DNA of 64,000 nt from Kosmotogaceae bacterium. Lineage in GTDB: Bacteria; Thermotogota; Thermotogae; Petrotogales; Kosmotogaceae. Location of the stretch: positions 32,505 to 96,504 of the forward strand of contig JAFGAP010000034.1 of NCBI GenBank assembly GCA_016933635.1. Reading direction: 5' to 3'. This document shows positions 28,724-38,445 of the stretch, in pieces. How positions within the stretch are numbered: position 1 is the first letter of the stretch; every line of letters begins with the position of its first letter. A program made the translations under genes and the position numbers. The notes below the pieces were generated by a model. The model had not been told where the DNA came from, made no database searches, and saw only the letters and a program-made list of their open reading frames with translations.

Positions 28724-30217
28724 TCAAGCAACCCCCTTGAGCCCCGTGGCATGAAGCATTATCTCTTCCTCATTGATATGTTCTCCTTCAAGGATTCCCG
28801 TAATTCTTCCCTCTTTCATCACGACGACTCTGTTGCACATTCCAATTATCTCTTCAAGTTCGGAGGAAATGAGAATACAGGACACACCCTCTTTGACCAG
28901 TTCGTTCATGAATCTGTATATTTCTCTCTTAGCGTTCACATCTATTCCTCTGGTAGGTTCGTCGAAAATGAAAATTTCGGGCTCCGGGTCAAGGGATTTT
29001 GCGAGAGAGACTTTCTGCTGGTTTCCACCACTGAAAAACTCCAATTTTGTTTTGAGAGACGCTGCTCTGATATTGAATTTGTCGACATACTTCTTTGTCT
29101 TTTCCCGCTCCTTCTTACTGTTAATGAGTATTTTGGAATAAGCCGGAAGCGAGATAAGCGTCGTATTCTTTATCAAATCGAAGGATGTTAATATTCCACT
29201 CCCTTGACGGTCTTCCGAAAGGTAAGCTATCTTGTTCTTCACAGCATCGTTGGGAGACTTGATTTCAACCGGTTTGCCTTTGATGCTGATCTTGCTTGAA
29301 TCTTTCTTTCTGATTCCAATTATTGCTTCGGCTAATTCAGTTCTTCCCGCACCCACTAGACCGGCAAAGCCAAGAATTTCCCCCTTATGAAGGCTGAAGG
29401 AAATGTTTTCTAGAAGACCACTAATTGTCAGGTTCTCGACTTCGAATATAACTTCGTCAGATGGTGAAACCTTATTTGGAAAGATCTGACTTAGCTCGCG
29501 CCCCACCATTCTCTTTGCCATTTCTTCTTCGTCAACCTCACCAGTTTGACTTACACTGATCATTTGGCCGTCTCTTAGGACCATCACTCTATCACAGATA
29601 TTTCTGACTTCCTTCAGTTTGTGAGATATGTAGATGATGGTAACCCCTCTTTCCTTTAGACTGCTCATGAGGTCAAAGAGGATTTCGATTTCATTGAGAG
29701 TGAGGACTGTCGTCGGTTCATCCATTATCAGGAGCTTTGAATCGTATGCTATGGCCTTCGCTATTTCAACCATTTGCTTCTGGGCCACGCTCAACCTCTC
29801 AATCTTCTCTTCGGGATCTATCGATTTCTTCAACTCCTCCAGAAGAGAAATAGTTCGCTTCTTCATCTCTCTTGTGTTGAGAAACCCCTTGCGCGTAATC
29901 TCACTTCCGAGGAAGATGTTCTCATAAACATTGAGCTCATTGATCAAGTTGAATTCCTGAGGAATAATTGAGATTCCTATCACTTTCGCGTGCAAAGGAT
30001 CTTTAATCTCCACTTCCTTGTCCTCGAAAAAAATCTTTCCCCCGGTAGGTGTGTAGATTCCGCTGAGGATCTTAACGAGAGTAGACTTTCCGGCTCCATT
30101 TTCACCTATGATCCCGAAAATCTCGCCCCTCTCTATTCCTATGTCTATGTTATCGAGAACTCTAACCCCTGAGAATTCCTTTGAAATCCCTTTGGTCTCT
30201 ATCAGGACCTCACCCAT
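28724..30217 (-). CDS. sugar ABC transporter ATP-binding protein (tandem domains)
   Basis: GENGAGKST, MDEPT, SGGNQQK, DEPTRGID. Confidence 0.93.
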   Translation of the reverse strand: MGEVLIETKGISKEFSGVRVLDNIDIGIERGEIFGIIGENGAGKSTLVKILSGIYTPTGGKIFFEDKEVEIKDPLHAKVIGISIIPQEFNLINELNVYENIFLGSEITRKGFLNTREMKKRTISLLEELKKSIDPEEKIERLSVAQKQMVEIAKAIAYDSKLLIMDEPTTVLTLNEIEILFDLMSSLKERGVTIIYISHKLKEVRNICDRVMVLRDGQMISVSQTGEVDEEEMAKRMVGRELSQIFPNKVSPSDEVIFEVENLTISGLLENISFSLHKGEILGFAGLVGAGRTELAEAIIGIRKKDSSKISIKGKPVEIKSPNDAVKNKIAYLSEDRQGSGILTSFDLIKNTTLISLPAYSKILINSKKEREKTKKYVDKFNIRAASLKTKLEFFSGGNQQKVSLAKSLDPEPEIFIFDEPTRGIDVNAKREIYRFMNELVKEGVSCILISSELEEIIGMCNRVVVMKEGRITGILEGEHINEEEIMLHATGLKGVA

Positions 30218-30228
30218 TAGCTCACTCC

Positions 30229-31221
30229 TCAGCTCTTCATTGCATCGTCGAAAGCAACGTTTGAAGGTTCGAAATCAACTTTCCTCACAAATTCGGCCGC
30301 TTCCTTGGCACCGAATTCTCTTTCCATTCCACTGTCTTCCCATTCCACTGAAAGAGGACCGTTGTAACCGATGTTGTTAAGCTCTCTGATAATTTCTTCA
30401 AAATTGACGTGGCCGTGACCTAGAGACCTGAAATTCCATCCTCGTCTAGTGTCACCAAACGTCATCATTGATCCGAGTATGCCTGCCCTTCCGTCCAGTG
30501 TGACCGCGGCATCTTTCATGTGCACATGATAGATCCTTTCTGCGAAGTCTCTTACGAAGAGATGGGGTTTTACTCCCTGCCAGATGAGATGGCTTGGATC
30601 GAAATTGAATCCAAGCGTCTTTCTGTAATTGAATACCTCCAACAGTCTCTTTGCGGTGTAATAATCAAAGGCGATTTCGGTAGGATGAACTTCAAGTGAG
30701 AATGTAATGCCTTCAGCATCAAACTTCTCAAAAATTGGCGTCCAGAGATCAACGATTTCCTTATAGGCGTCTTCAACCATCTTCTCCGTTGTTTGAGGGA
30801 ACGAGTACCAGAATTTCCATACAGGAGAGCCTGTAAAGCCTGTTACAGTATAGCACCCCATATTTTTTGCAGCAGTAGGAGCGTACATCATCTGCTCCAT
30901 CCCCCATGCTCGAATCTTTTCGGGATTGCCTTTGCAACTGGCAGGAGCAAATCCATCAAGCCTTACGTCATAAAGATCTCCCACACATTGCCCCATAAGA
31001 TGGGCACCGAGAGCCCAGCATTTCAGATTGTATTTGTCTAGAATCTCCTTCCTCTTTTCAACATAATCCGGATCCTTAGCGGCCTTTTCGAGATCCATGT
31101 GATCACCCCAACAGGCAATCTCAAGTCCATCGTATCCCCACGAACTGGCCTTCTTGCAGATTTCCTCAAAAGTTAGATCGGCCCACTGCCCCGTAAATAA
31201 TGTAACTGGTCTATTTCCCAT
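30229..31221 (-). CDS. sugar phosphate isomerase/epimerase family (AP-endonuclease-2 TIM barrel)
   Basis: LEVHP, NFDPSH, HVHMKD, SVEWED metal-binding motifs. Confidence 0.88.
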   Translation of the reverse strand: MGNRPVTLFTGQWADLTFEEICKKASSWGYDGLEIACWGDHMDLEKAAKDPDYVEKRKEILDKYNLKCWALGAHLMGQCVGDLYDVRLDGFAPASCKGNPEKIRAWGMEQMMYAPTAAKNMGCYTVTGFTGSPVWKFWYSFPQTTEKMVEDAYKEIVDLWTPIFEKFDAEGITFSLEVHPTEIAFDYYTAKRLLEVFNYRKTLGFNFDPSHLIWQGVKPHLFVRDFAERIYHVHMKDAAVTLDGRAGILGSMMTFGDTRRGWNFRSLGHGHVNFEEIIRELNNIGYNGPLSVEWEDSGMEREFGAKEAAEFVRKVDFEPSNVAFDDAMKS

Positions 31222-31236
31222 ATCATAACCTCCTGA

Positions 31237-32400
31237 CTAGATGTCCACCCAGATGCTTCCCTTCTGGGAGCTTTCAACTGCCTTCCCAATGAACCTCACT
31301 CCTGCCAAGCCGTCCTCGACTGTTGGGAAATCGGCTCCAGACAGGTCTTCTCCACTCTTCTTCTTTATAAGAGTTGTTGCGAAATTCCGGTAGATGTTTG
31401 CAAAGGCTTCATAATACCCTTCAGGATGTCCCGCAGGAATTCTAGAGACGCTTGCAGCGTTGGGCAGCATGTATCCACCACCTCTCGAGAGAATCTGGAC
31501 CGGTTCCCCAACGAATGCTATCTTCAGGTAGTTTGGATTCTCTTGTTCCCACTCTATTGATCCCTTGCTTCCAAATATTCTCACTTTAAGACCATTATCA
31601 TGACCAACGGCAACCTGGGAGGCCCAGAAGACACCCCTCGCCCCATTATTGAATCTAACAAGGATCTCGGCGTTGTCATCTAGGGTTCTGCCCGGAACGA
31701 ACGATTCAAGACTTGCACAAAGCGACTTGAGCTTGAGGCCCGTGATGTAAGAAACCGTATTTTCAATGTGGCTTCCAATATCCCCGACACAGTTCGACTT
31801 TCCGGTCTGTGAGGGATCCGTTCTCCATGCTGCCTGCATATTGCCGGTATCTTCCAGTCTTGTAGCTAACCAGTCCTGAGCATACTCACCCATGACAACC
31901 CGAATTTCACCGATTGCTCCATTTTGTATCATTTCTCTTGCGTGTTTTACCATTGCATATCCGGAATAAGCGTATGCGACGGCAAAAAGCAAATTCCTTT
32001 TTTTTGCCAGATCCGCAAGTTCCTGTGCTTCGGACTCATCTACTGTAAGGGGCTTTTCACAAACGACGTTTATATTTGCTTCAAGAAATTCCTTGGCAAT
32101 TGGAAAGTGAGTGACATTTGGAGTACATATACTTACGAAGTCAATCCCATCTTCTCGCTCAGATTCTTTTCTAGCCATTTCTTTGTAGTCTTTGTATACT
32201 CTTTCATCAGAAACTCCAAGCTTTTTGGCCGTCCTTACAGTGTCGTCATAGTAAATCGAAAAACATCCGGCCACAAGCCTTGCAAGGCCGTCGATTGCTA
32301 TTGCCTTTCTATGAACATCACCGATAAACGAACCCTCACCGCCGCCTACCATTCCATATCTTAGCTGACCAGCAGAGGCGACTTCTTTGCCTTCAATCAT
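31237..32400 (-). CDS. Gfo/Idh/MocA family oxidoreductase
   Basis: GMVGGG, CTPNVTH, CEKP, GDIGSH; ATG 32400 after GAGGTG. Confidence 0.92.
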   Translation of the reverse strand: MIEGKEVASAGQLRYGMVGGGEGSFIGDVHRKAIAIDGLARLVAGCFSIYYDDTVRTAKKLGVSDERVYKDYKEMARKESEREDGIDFVSICTPNVTHFPIAKEFLEANINVVCEKPLTVDESEAQELADLAKKRNLLFAVAYAYSGYAMVKHAREMIQNGAIGEIRVVMGEYAQDWLATRLEDTGNMQAAWRTDPSQTGKSNCVGDIGSHIENTVSYITGLKLKSLCASLESFVPGRTLDDNAEILVRFNNGARGVFWASQVAVGHDNGLKVRIFGSKGSIEWEQENPNYLKIAFVGEPVQILSRGGGYMLPNAASVSRIPAGHPEGYYEAFANIYRNFATTLIKKKSGEDLSGADFPTVEDGLAGVRFIGKAVESSQKGSIWVDI

Positions 32401-32693
32401 TTCTCTCACCTCTCGTATATGATGTTTTCTTACGAACAAAGAATTAAGAAGATTAGGAATTTCTTCTATTCTCTAAAATTATAGCTAAAATCGAACCCAA
32501 TTCTTGCATCGCATCTGACCAAAAGAACGAGTGGAAAACGAAAGAATTATGCGAGAAACTGCATTGACTTTTGCTGTTTTCATCAGATGAAGAATAATCA
32601 TCTCAGATCGTTCCTGAAGCGCCTATAAGATGTTCAAAGGAATTCTGGCAGTATCGATTTAATTTTTTGCCCCATAAAAATATTTATCGGTCT

Positions 32694-32718
32694 AAAACTA
32701 AGGCGGGGAACCCCGCCT
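32694..32718 (-). terminator. probable intrinsic terminator after ABC exporter operon
   Basis: AGGCGGG-loop-CCCGCCT hairpin at the stop codon followed by TAGTTTT on minus strand. Confidence 0.6.
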
Positions 32719-33728
32719 TAGTTCAGATAAGTCTGGAGTCCCTTCTTGATTCTACTCATCATCAAGAGGAATAATATGGCAGTCGTTAGACATATCCAAA
32801 GAATCTGAATCGTAAAACTTGACCAGTTAATGCTGTGATTTACGATGTCCTTTAGTACTGCAAATGACCAGTATGTAGGTGACCAGAAGAATATGAATTG
32901 TAGTCTTTCTGGAAGTATGAAGCCAAGTATTACAGGCATCAGAAGTAACCAACCGCTAATCTTCATGTTTGCAATCCCGCTCATCTGTGAAGATGAGATT
33001 ACTCCAATGAGAAAACCGACGACAATACCAATAACTGAACTAAAAATTGTAACTATTATTAGTTTCAGATAGTCCATAGTGGGCAAGTCTAGAATCAGAA
33101 CGGCTAGGAACGTTTGAATCAAAGGAATGATAATCCCAAGGATGCTTCTTCCGAGAATGAGTTCGCTCTTCTTTATTGGTGTTACCATGAGAGCTCTCAT
33201 TGCTCCTGATTCTTTTTCTTCGATGATATTAAACCCAATTACCATTCCTCCCAAAACAAAGGAGATGATTACAACGAAAGTAAATCCAAATACTGTTACC
33301 GGTGCGACAAACCTTCCTTGATCGCTTTCTTTGAAATTGAGATATCTCATGTTATCTGATTGAAGCCCTGCAAGGATGATCTTTGCAACCTCTTCTATCT
33401 CTTCCGATTCGTTACCCTGAAGAAAGAGATTGAATGATTCGCCTTCCTTGTAGATAGCGACAGAGTCATCGGAGCGTCCGACTCTTTCCTTCAATTCCGC
33501 TTCAGATGAGGCAAGTTCGACACTACCAAACTTCTCAAGACTTTCCAAAGTGGTCCTCTGGTCTCTTAGAGTAACGAACAACAAGGAAAGACTCTGAAAA
33601 TCAGGTGCTATGATTCTGAAAAAGAATGAGAAGATTATCGGGGCCACTAGTATGTATATCACCATCTTATCTCTAATACCGTTTATAGTGTCTATTCTGA
33701 AAACACTAAGTATCCTTTTCATTCTCAT
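32718..33728 (-). CDS. ABC-2 type exporter permease
   Basis: IIEEKESGAMRALMVTP motif, multiple TM helices. Confidence 0.85.
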   Translation of the reverse strand: MRMKRILSVFRIDTINGIRDKMVIYILVAPIIFSFFFRIIAPDFQSLSLLFVTLRDQRTTLESLEKFGSVELASSEAELKERVGRSDDSVAIYKEGESFNLFLQGNESEEIEEVAKIILAGLQSDNMRYLNFKESDQGRFVAPVTVFGFTFVVIISFVLGGMVIGFNIIEEKESGAMRALMVTPIKKSELILGRSILGIIIPLIQTFLAVLILDLPTMDYLKLIIVTIFSSVIGIVVGFLIGVISSSQMSGIANMKISGWLLLMPVILGFILPERLQFIFFWSPTYWSFAVLKDIVNHSINWSSFTIQILWICLTTAILFLLMMSRIKKGLQTYLN

Positions 33729-33732
33729 AATC

Positions 33733-34779
33733 TCACATCCTAACCCTTCGCATTCTGAGCTTGTAGAGATTGACGGCTATCACAAAAGCCCAGACTGCTT
33801 CGACTGCTACCAATATCAAGCCGGATATTTCTGTTGAACCCTGATTGGGAAAAACGGCTCCTTTCAACGAAAAGATGATGGGAAAAGTAGGAAGTATTCT
33901 CAGATACCATGGAGAGAATCCTTCCATATAATACGAAAGCATCGGTAATGAGAAAATTACCGTCAATGTCAGCATAGCTGCCATTGACTGAGATAGGTTC
34001 TCATAGAAACTTGCAGCTATTAGAGAAACAGATGTCGAGAGGAAACTCCCGATGGAGACTATCAAAATAAGCTGCAGATATTTCGCTTGAAGGCCAACCG
34101 CTAGAGCTGTGAGAATAATCGCGAAGATTATCCCAAGAATAATGAGAAGGATCACTTTGGCTCCCAAATATTCCCAGGCTCTTCCCGGTGTAACCGCAAA
34201 TGCATCCAATGTCTTCTGAGATTTTTCACTAAATACCATTGCAAAGACCATTATCATACCCATCATAATGGATTCGAACATCAGGAAGATCGGAAGAAAA
34301 GACTTGTTGAAGGGTATATCGAGTCCATCATCTTGTTTTCTCTGAAGGTACTGAACATTGTCGCTGGAAATCGGCTGATTATTTGAACCATGAAGAAGAT
34401 GGGCAACCATGAGTTTCACGAGCTCTCTGGTTTTCGTGTCTTCATGTCCCTGGAAAATCAGCTCAAATGATGGGGAAGCTGTATCGCCACTCATAATTAT
34501 GCCAATACTGCTAAAACTTCTATTGAGCGATTCATAAAGCTCATCACGACTGCTGACAAATGAAAGTGACGCTTCGGAACTACGATCACTGGCTTCGATC
34601 GCTCTCGCGATTTCCTCGTTTTCAGTTAGAAGAATTAACTGTGTGTTTGTTGATAGATCCTCGGGAATCAGAAATGTCATCAGAAGGAAGTAGGCCACAG
34701 CCAGTGTTACGGTAAGCAGAAAGAAATGACTCCTCCAACCGAGTATTATTTCCTTAGAGATGTTCGTGAAGAGCCTCAT
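33733..34779 (-). CDS. ABC-2 type exporter permease
   Basis: FSEKSQKTLDAFAVTP motif, multiple TM helices. Confidence 0.85.
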   Translation of the reverse strand: MRLFTNISKEIILGWRSHFFLLTVTLAVAYFLLMTFLIPEDLSTNTQLILLTENEEIARAIEASDRSSEASLSFVSSRDELYESLNRSFSSIGIIMSGDTASPSFELIFQGHEDTKTRELVKLMVAHLLHGSNNQPISSDNVQYLQRKQDDGLDIPFNKSFLPIFLMFESIMMGMIMVFAMVFSEKSQKTLDAFAVTPGRAWEYLGAKVILLIILGIIFAIILTALAVGLQAKYLQLILIVSIGSFLSTSVSLIAASFYENLSQSMAAMLTLTVIFSLPMLSYYMEGFSPWYLRILPTFPIIFSLKGAVFPNQGSTEISGLILVAVEAVWAFVIAVNLYKLRMRRVRM

Positions 34780-35636
34780 TTTTCTAGCTCCTCTCCGGTC
34801 ACTTTTATGAAGATCTCTTCAAGAGTAGCTTCTTTAGAATGAATCGTCTCAATCACCTCGTGATCAAGAAGAGAATTGAGTTTCTGCCGATCAGCATTTT
34901 GAACAAGAGAAAGGCTATCCCTCTTCAGAGAACCGTTTGCCCTGTATTCAATTTCCACCAGTTTCTTTCCGTGCTGTAGTTTTAGATTCCTCGGGGAGTC
35001 AATAAGGGAAATCTCTCCAGAAACTATGAATGCCACCCTATCACATAGTTCATCGGCAATGTGCATATTATGTGTCGTAAGGAAGATCGTTGTGCCCTCT
35101 TTTCTCTTCTCTTTGATTAACTCTTTTATTGCTGCAGAAGTTGATGGATCGAGCCCGGAAACAGGTTCGTCCAGGAACCAGACTTTCGGTTTGTTAATTA
35201 GGGAACGAGCGAAGACCAGTCTTTGTTGCATCCCTTTGGAGTATTCTCCTGCCCTCCTTTTAGCAACGTCTTTAAGGCCCACCATATCGAGCAAATGGAC
35301 TGGGTCTTCTGTAGGTACGTCGTACATACTGGCAAAATACTCAAGGTTCTCGATACCAGTCAGCTTGAGATAGAGATTTGGATTCTCGAAGGAGACACCT
35401 ATTTTGTTATAGAAGTCAGGGGTAGTAGCAGACACATCGACATCCATGACTCTTATTTTTCCCTTTTGAACCGGTAAGAGGCCCGCCAATATTTTCTGAG
35501 TAGTCGACTTTCCGGCCCCGTTTGGACCGAGAAAACCGAAAATTTCTCCTTCATTGACTTCGAACGAGATGCCATTCACGGCGAATCCCTTATCTTTTCT
35601 GTAAGAATAATATAGATCACTTACCTGAATCATCAT
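34776..35636 (-). CDS. ABC exporter ATP-binding protein
   Basis: GPNGAGKST, YSKGMQQR, LDEPVSGLDP, TTH. Confidence 0.93.
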   Translation of the reverse strand: MMIQVSDLYYSYRKDKGFAVNGISFEVNEGEIFGFLGPNGAGKSTTQKILAGLLPVQKGKIRVMDVDVSATTPDFYNKIGVSFENPNLYLKLTGIENLEYFASMYDVPTEDPVHLLDMVGLKDVAKRRAGEYSKGMQQRLVFARSLINKPKVWFLDEPVSGLDPSTSAAIKELIKEKRKEGTTIFLTTHNMHIADELCDRVAFIVSGEISLIDSPRNLKLQHGKKLVEIEYRANGSLKRDSLSLVQNADRQKLNSLLDHEVIETIHSKEATLEEIFIKVTGEELEK

Positions 35637-36252
35637 CTTCTCTCCTTTTCATACCGTATTCAAGGAAATTGATAAGAGAGAGGTACTTCTCCCTCGCTGC
35701 CTCCGCAATTATCCCATTGTTGCTGGACCTTATCATTTCACTCAGGGAAAGGATGAAGGCAGTTATCAAATTCGAAGCTAACTCTGGATCTACCCAGTCA
35801 GCTAATTCGCCGTTATCCTTTCCTCGTCTAATTAAGGACTTAATCAGATCATCACTTGATGGAGCATACTCCTTCAGAACCTCATCCATCAAAGGTTTGT
35901 TGGCAACGAGTTTGTCACTTATTTTCGAAAGTCGAGGATCTTCCTCGGCCATCTTTATACCTGCCTCAACCATTATCCTTAACGTTTCAAATACACTCAA
36001 TTCTTTGTGTGAGATTTCAATATCTGTCATCATCTCCATTTTCTTTTTATAGATAATGTCCAGAACATATCTAAACAAATCACACTTGTTTTCGAAGTAC
36101 TGATAGAAGCTACCCTTAGGGATTGTAGACCTCCTGACTATCTCATTCACTCTTGAATTTTCATACCCATTTTCTGCAAATTCATCTATAGCTGCTTCTA
36201 GAATTCGTTTTCGCTTCGTCTCCGACAGGTTAAAAAAAGTCTCCTTTGGCAA
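35617..36252 (-). CDS. TetR/AcrR family transcriptional regulator
   Basis: MPKETFFNL.., IPKGSFYQYFENK HTH. Confidence 0.93.
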   Translation of the reverse strand: MPKETFFNLSETKRKRILEAAIDEFAENGYENSRVNEIVRRSTIPKGSFYQYFENKCDLFRYVLDIIYKKKMEMMTDIEISHKELSVFETLRIMVEAGIKMAEEDPRLSKISDKLVANKPLMDEVLKEYAPSSDDLIKSLIRRGKDNGELADWVDPELASNLITAFILSLSEMIRSSNNGIIAEAAREKYLSLINFLEYGMKRREDDDSGK

Positions 36253-36266
36253 ATTAACATCTCCTT

Positions 36267-36300
36267 TGTGACCGATAAGTCATATGACTAATCAGTCACA
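36267..36300. promoter_or_regulatory. probable TetR operator: two TGAC-N6-GTCA boxes forming a 34-bp imperfect palindrome
   Basis: tgTGACcgataaGTCAt-aTGACtaatcaGTCAca between the minus-strand TATAAT (36305-36300) and the tetR RBS. Confidence 0.75.
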
Positions 36301-36512
36301 TTATACTTCTTGTGGTATGCTCAAAGCAAATATGGAAAAACAGTATTGTTAACTTGAGATTAAGCAGCCCATTGTTTAAAGTCGTTTCCTGGGTTTTTTA
36401 TTGTTTCTGTAGAAGCTTGGAAACAGAATAGAAGAGCTTAGGATCATCGAAAGCGGGTCTTTAAGAAACCAAAGAATGCACTTTTATTTTCTTCTTGATA
36501 CTTCAGCTTAAG

Positions 36513-36542
36513 AAAAGGAGAGCAGCATATGCTGCTCTCCTT
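36513..36542 (-). terminator. intrinsic terminator of rbs-like operon
   Basis: AAGGAGAGCAGC-atat-GCTGCTCTCCTT perfect hairpin with T tail on minus strand. Confidence 0.85.
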
Positions 36543-36555
36543 GGAGATCGGCTAA

Positions 36556-37446
36556 TTACTGAAGAACGTCGATAGTTATGAGTTTCAGCGGGATTATTAC
36601 CTTGGGTTCAACATTTGCGCCGTTTATGATTCTCTGTGCCGCGATAACTGCCATCTGCATCTGTAGGTAGGGCTGCTGCTGAACTGTTGCAACCATTTCA
36701 CCAGCTTTTATGGCCGCAATTGCGTCATCTGTGGCGTCAATTCCGACAATCTTTATTTCGTCTAGTCTTCCCGCGGCAATCGCTGCTCTTACAGCACCGA
36801 GAGCCATCTCGTCATTGTGCGCGTAGATTCCGTCCAGTACCGGGTTAGCTTGAAGAAGGTCTTCTGTAACACGTGCGGCCTCCTCCCTCGCGTAATTGGC
36901 CGTTAAGGAAGCTACTACTTCGATACCTGGGTACTTCTTGAGTTCATCCATGAAACCTTTCTGTCTGTCGACTGCCGACGGTGCTCCGGGTATCCCCTCA
37001 AGGATGGCTACTTTTCCTTCTCCGCCAAGTGCTTCTGCCATTGCTACTGCGGCGAGCATACCGGCTTCTTTGTTATCAATGTCGAGGTGTTGTACAACAA
37101 CTCCACCGTTTGAAGGTCTTGTCACAGTGATAACCGGAATTCCGGCTGCGTTTGCTTCAAGAACTGCCGAGACAATTGCGTCAGAGTCAAAGGGGTTGAT
37201 GATCAACACATCTACTCCTCTGGTTATGAGATCCTGAATCTGGGCAAACTGTGTTTCCGGCTTATCCTGAGCATCCAAAACGATCATTTCCAACCCCAGT
37301 TCGCTTGCCTTTGCCTCTCCACCTTCCTTCATAGTCACGAAAAAGGGATTCGCAAGTGTCGAGACTGAAAAACCAATGGTCTTCGCAGCAAAGCCTGTTA
37401 GCGCTAACAATCCGATCATAAGAACTACCAAAAGCATTCGTTTCAT
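36556..37446 (-). CDS. rbsB: ribose-type ABC substrate-binding protein
   Basis: Signal peptide, STLANPFF, AHNDEMALG, VGID, TVQQQP; ATG 37446 after GGAGG; context. Confidence 0.8.
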   Translation of the reverse strand: MKRMLLVVLMIGLLALTGFAAKTIGFSVSTLANPFFVTMKEGGEAKASELGLEMIVLDAQDKPETQFAQIQDLITRGVDVLIINPFDSDAIVSAVLEANAAGIPVITVTRPSNGGVVVQHLDIDNKEAGMLAAVAMAEALGGEGKVAILEGIPGAPSAVDRQKGFMDELKKYPGIEVVASLTANYAREEAARVTEDLLQANPVLDGIYAHNDEMALGAVRAAIAAGRLDEIKIVGIDATDDAIAAIKAGEMVATVQQQPYLQMQMAVIAAQRIINGANVEPKVIIPLKLITIDVLQ

Positions 37447-37474
37447 GTTACCCCTCCTTTTTTGATAGAGAATC

Positions 37475-38440
37475 CTAATCACTACGTTTTGCCAGTACGG
37501 CAACGAGTATTATTACTCCTTTCACTATTTGTTGAAAGAACGATGAAACACCAACGAGATTCATTCCATTATCGATAACCCCTATTACCATGGCACCCAG
37601 GAGAGTGCCCAGAACTGTACCTATACCTCCGGAAAGGGATGCCCCCCCAAGTATGACAGCCGCTATTACATTCATCTCAAGTCCTTCGGCGGCAGTTGGC
37701 TGAGCAGAAAGCAACTTGGAAGTTATGAGAATGCCACCAAGCGCACTCATGAGACCGGAAATAACGAAGGCAAGAACTCGGTATTTCCTTACTGGTATTG
37801 CTGATAGTCTTGCCGCTTCCCTATTAGCTCCAATTGATTTCACATATACTCCGTGTTTTGTTCTGTTGAGAACAAAGAAGGCGAGAATGAAAACTCCGGC
37901 AGCAATTATCGTTGAAACCGGTACTGGTCCAAGGTAGCCGGCACCCATTATCGCAAAATCTACTGGCAATCTGGATATTGGCTTTCCTCCAGTCCAAACC
38001 AGTGCGGCTCCCCTGGCAATTCCCATCATTGCAAGTGTCACAATAAAGGACTGAACTCTACCATAAACTGTAAGAGCACCATTTGCAAAGCCGATCCCAA
38101 CTCCAAGTATCAACCCCGCAATCAGCCCTAGGAAGATAGAGCCCGTTGCATTGAGAACCGCCGCAGTTGCAACTCCAACTAATGCTGCAGAAGAACCGAC
38201 AGAAAGATCTATCTCTCCAGTGAGTATTACAAAGGTCATTCCAATGGCGACAATTAGAGTTATCGACACCTGCCTGGTAATGTTCAGAAGGTTCCTGGAA
38301 GTGAAGAAATATGGTGACATCAACGAAAAAACCACCATCAGTGCTGCAAGAATCAAGATCAGCCCTAGTTCACCCTTTAGCAATCTCAAGAATTTGCTAA
38401 CAAACGCCGATCTGTCATTTTTCTCAACTTTATTTTCCAT
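37475..38440 (-). CDS. rbsC: ribose-type ABC permease
   Basis: GEIDLSVGS, SFIVTL, IAAVILGGASLSGG; context. Confidence 0.8.
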   Translation of the reverse strand: MENKVEKNDRSAFVSKFLRLLKGELGLILILAALMVVFSLMSPYFFTSRNLLNITRQVSITLIVAIGMTFVILTGEIDLSVGSSAALVGVATAAVLNATGSIFLGLIAGLILGVGIGFANGALTVYGRVQSFIVTLAMMGIARGAALVWTGGKPISRLPVDFAIMGAGYLGPVPVSTIIAAGVFILAFFVLNRTKHGVYVKSIGANREAARLSAIPVRKYRVLAFVISGLMSALGGILITSKLLSAQPTAAEGLEMNVIAAVILGGASLSGGIGTVLGTLLGAMVIGVIDNGMNLVGVSSFFQQIVKGVIILVAVLAKRSD

Positions 38441-38445
38441 GTGCG

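Noticed and set aside
32428-32451. TTCTTA-N12-TAAGAA inverted repeat upstream of the Gfo/Idh/MocA operon
   Set aside because: Short AT-rich match with no cognate regulator nearby; could be chance
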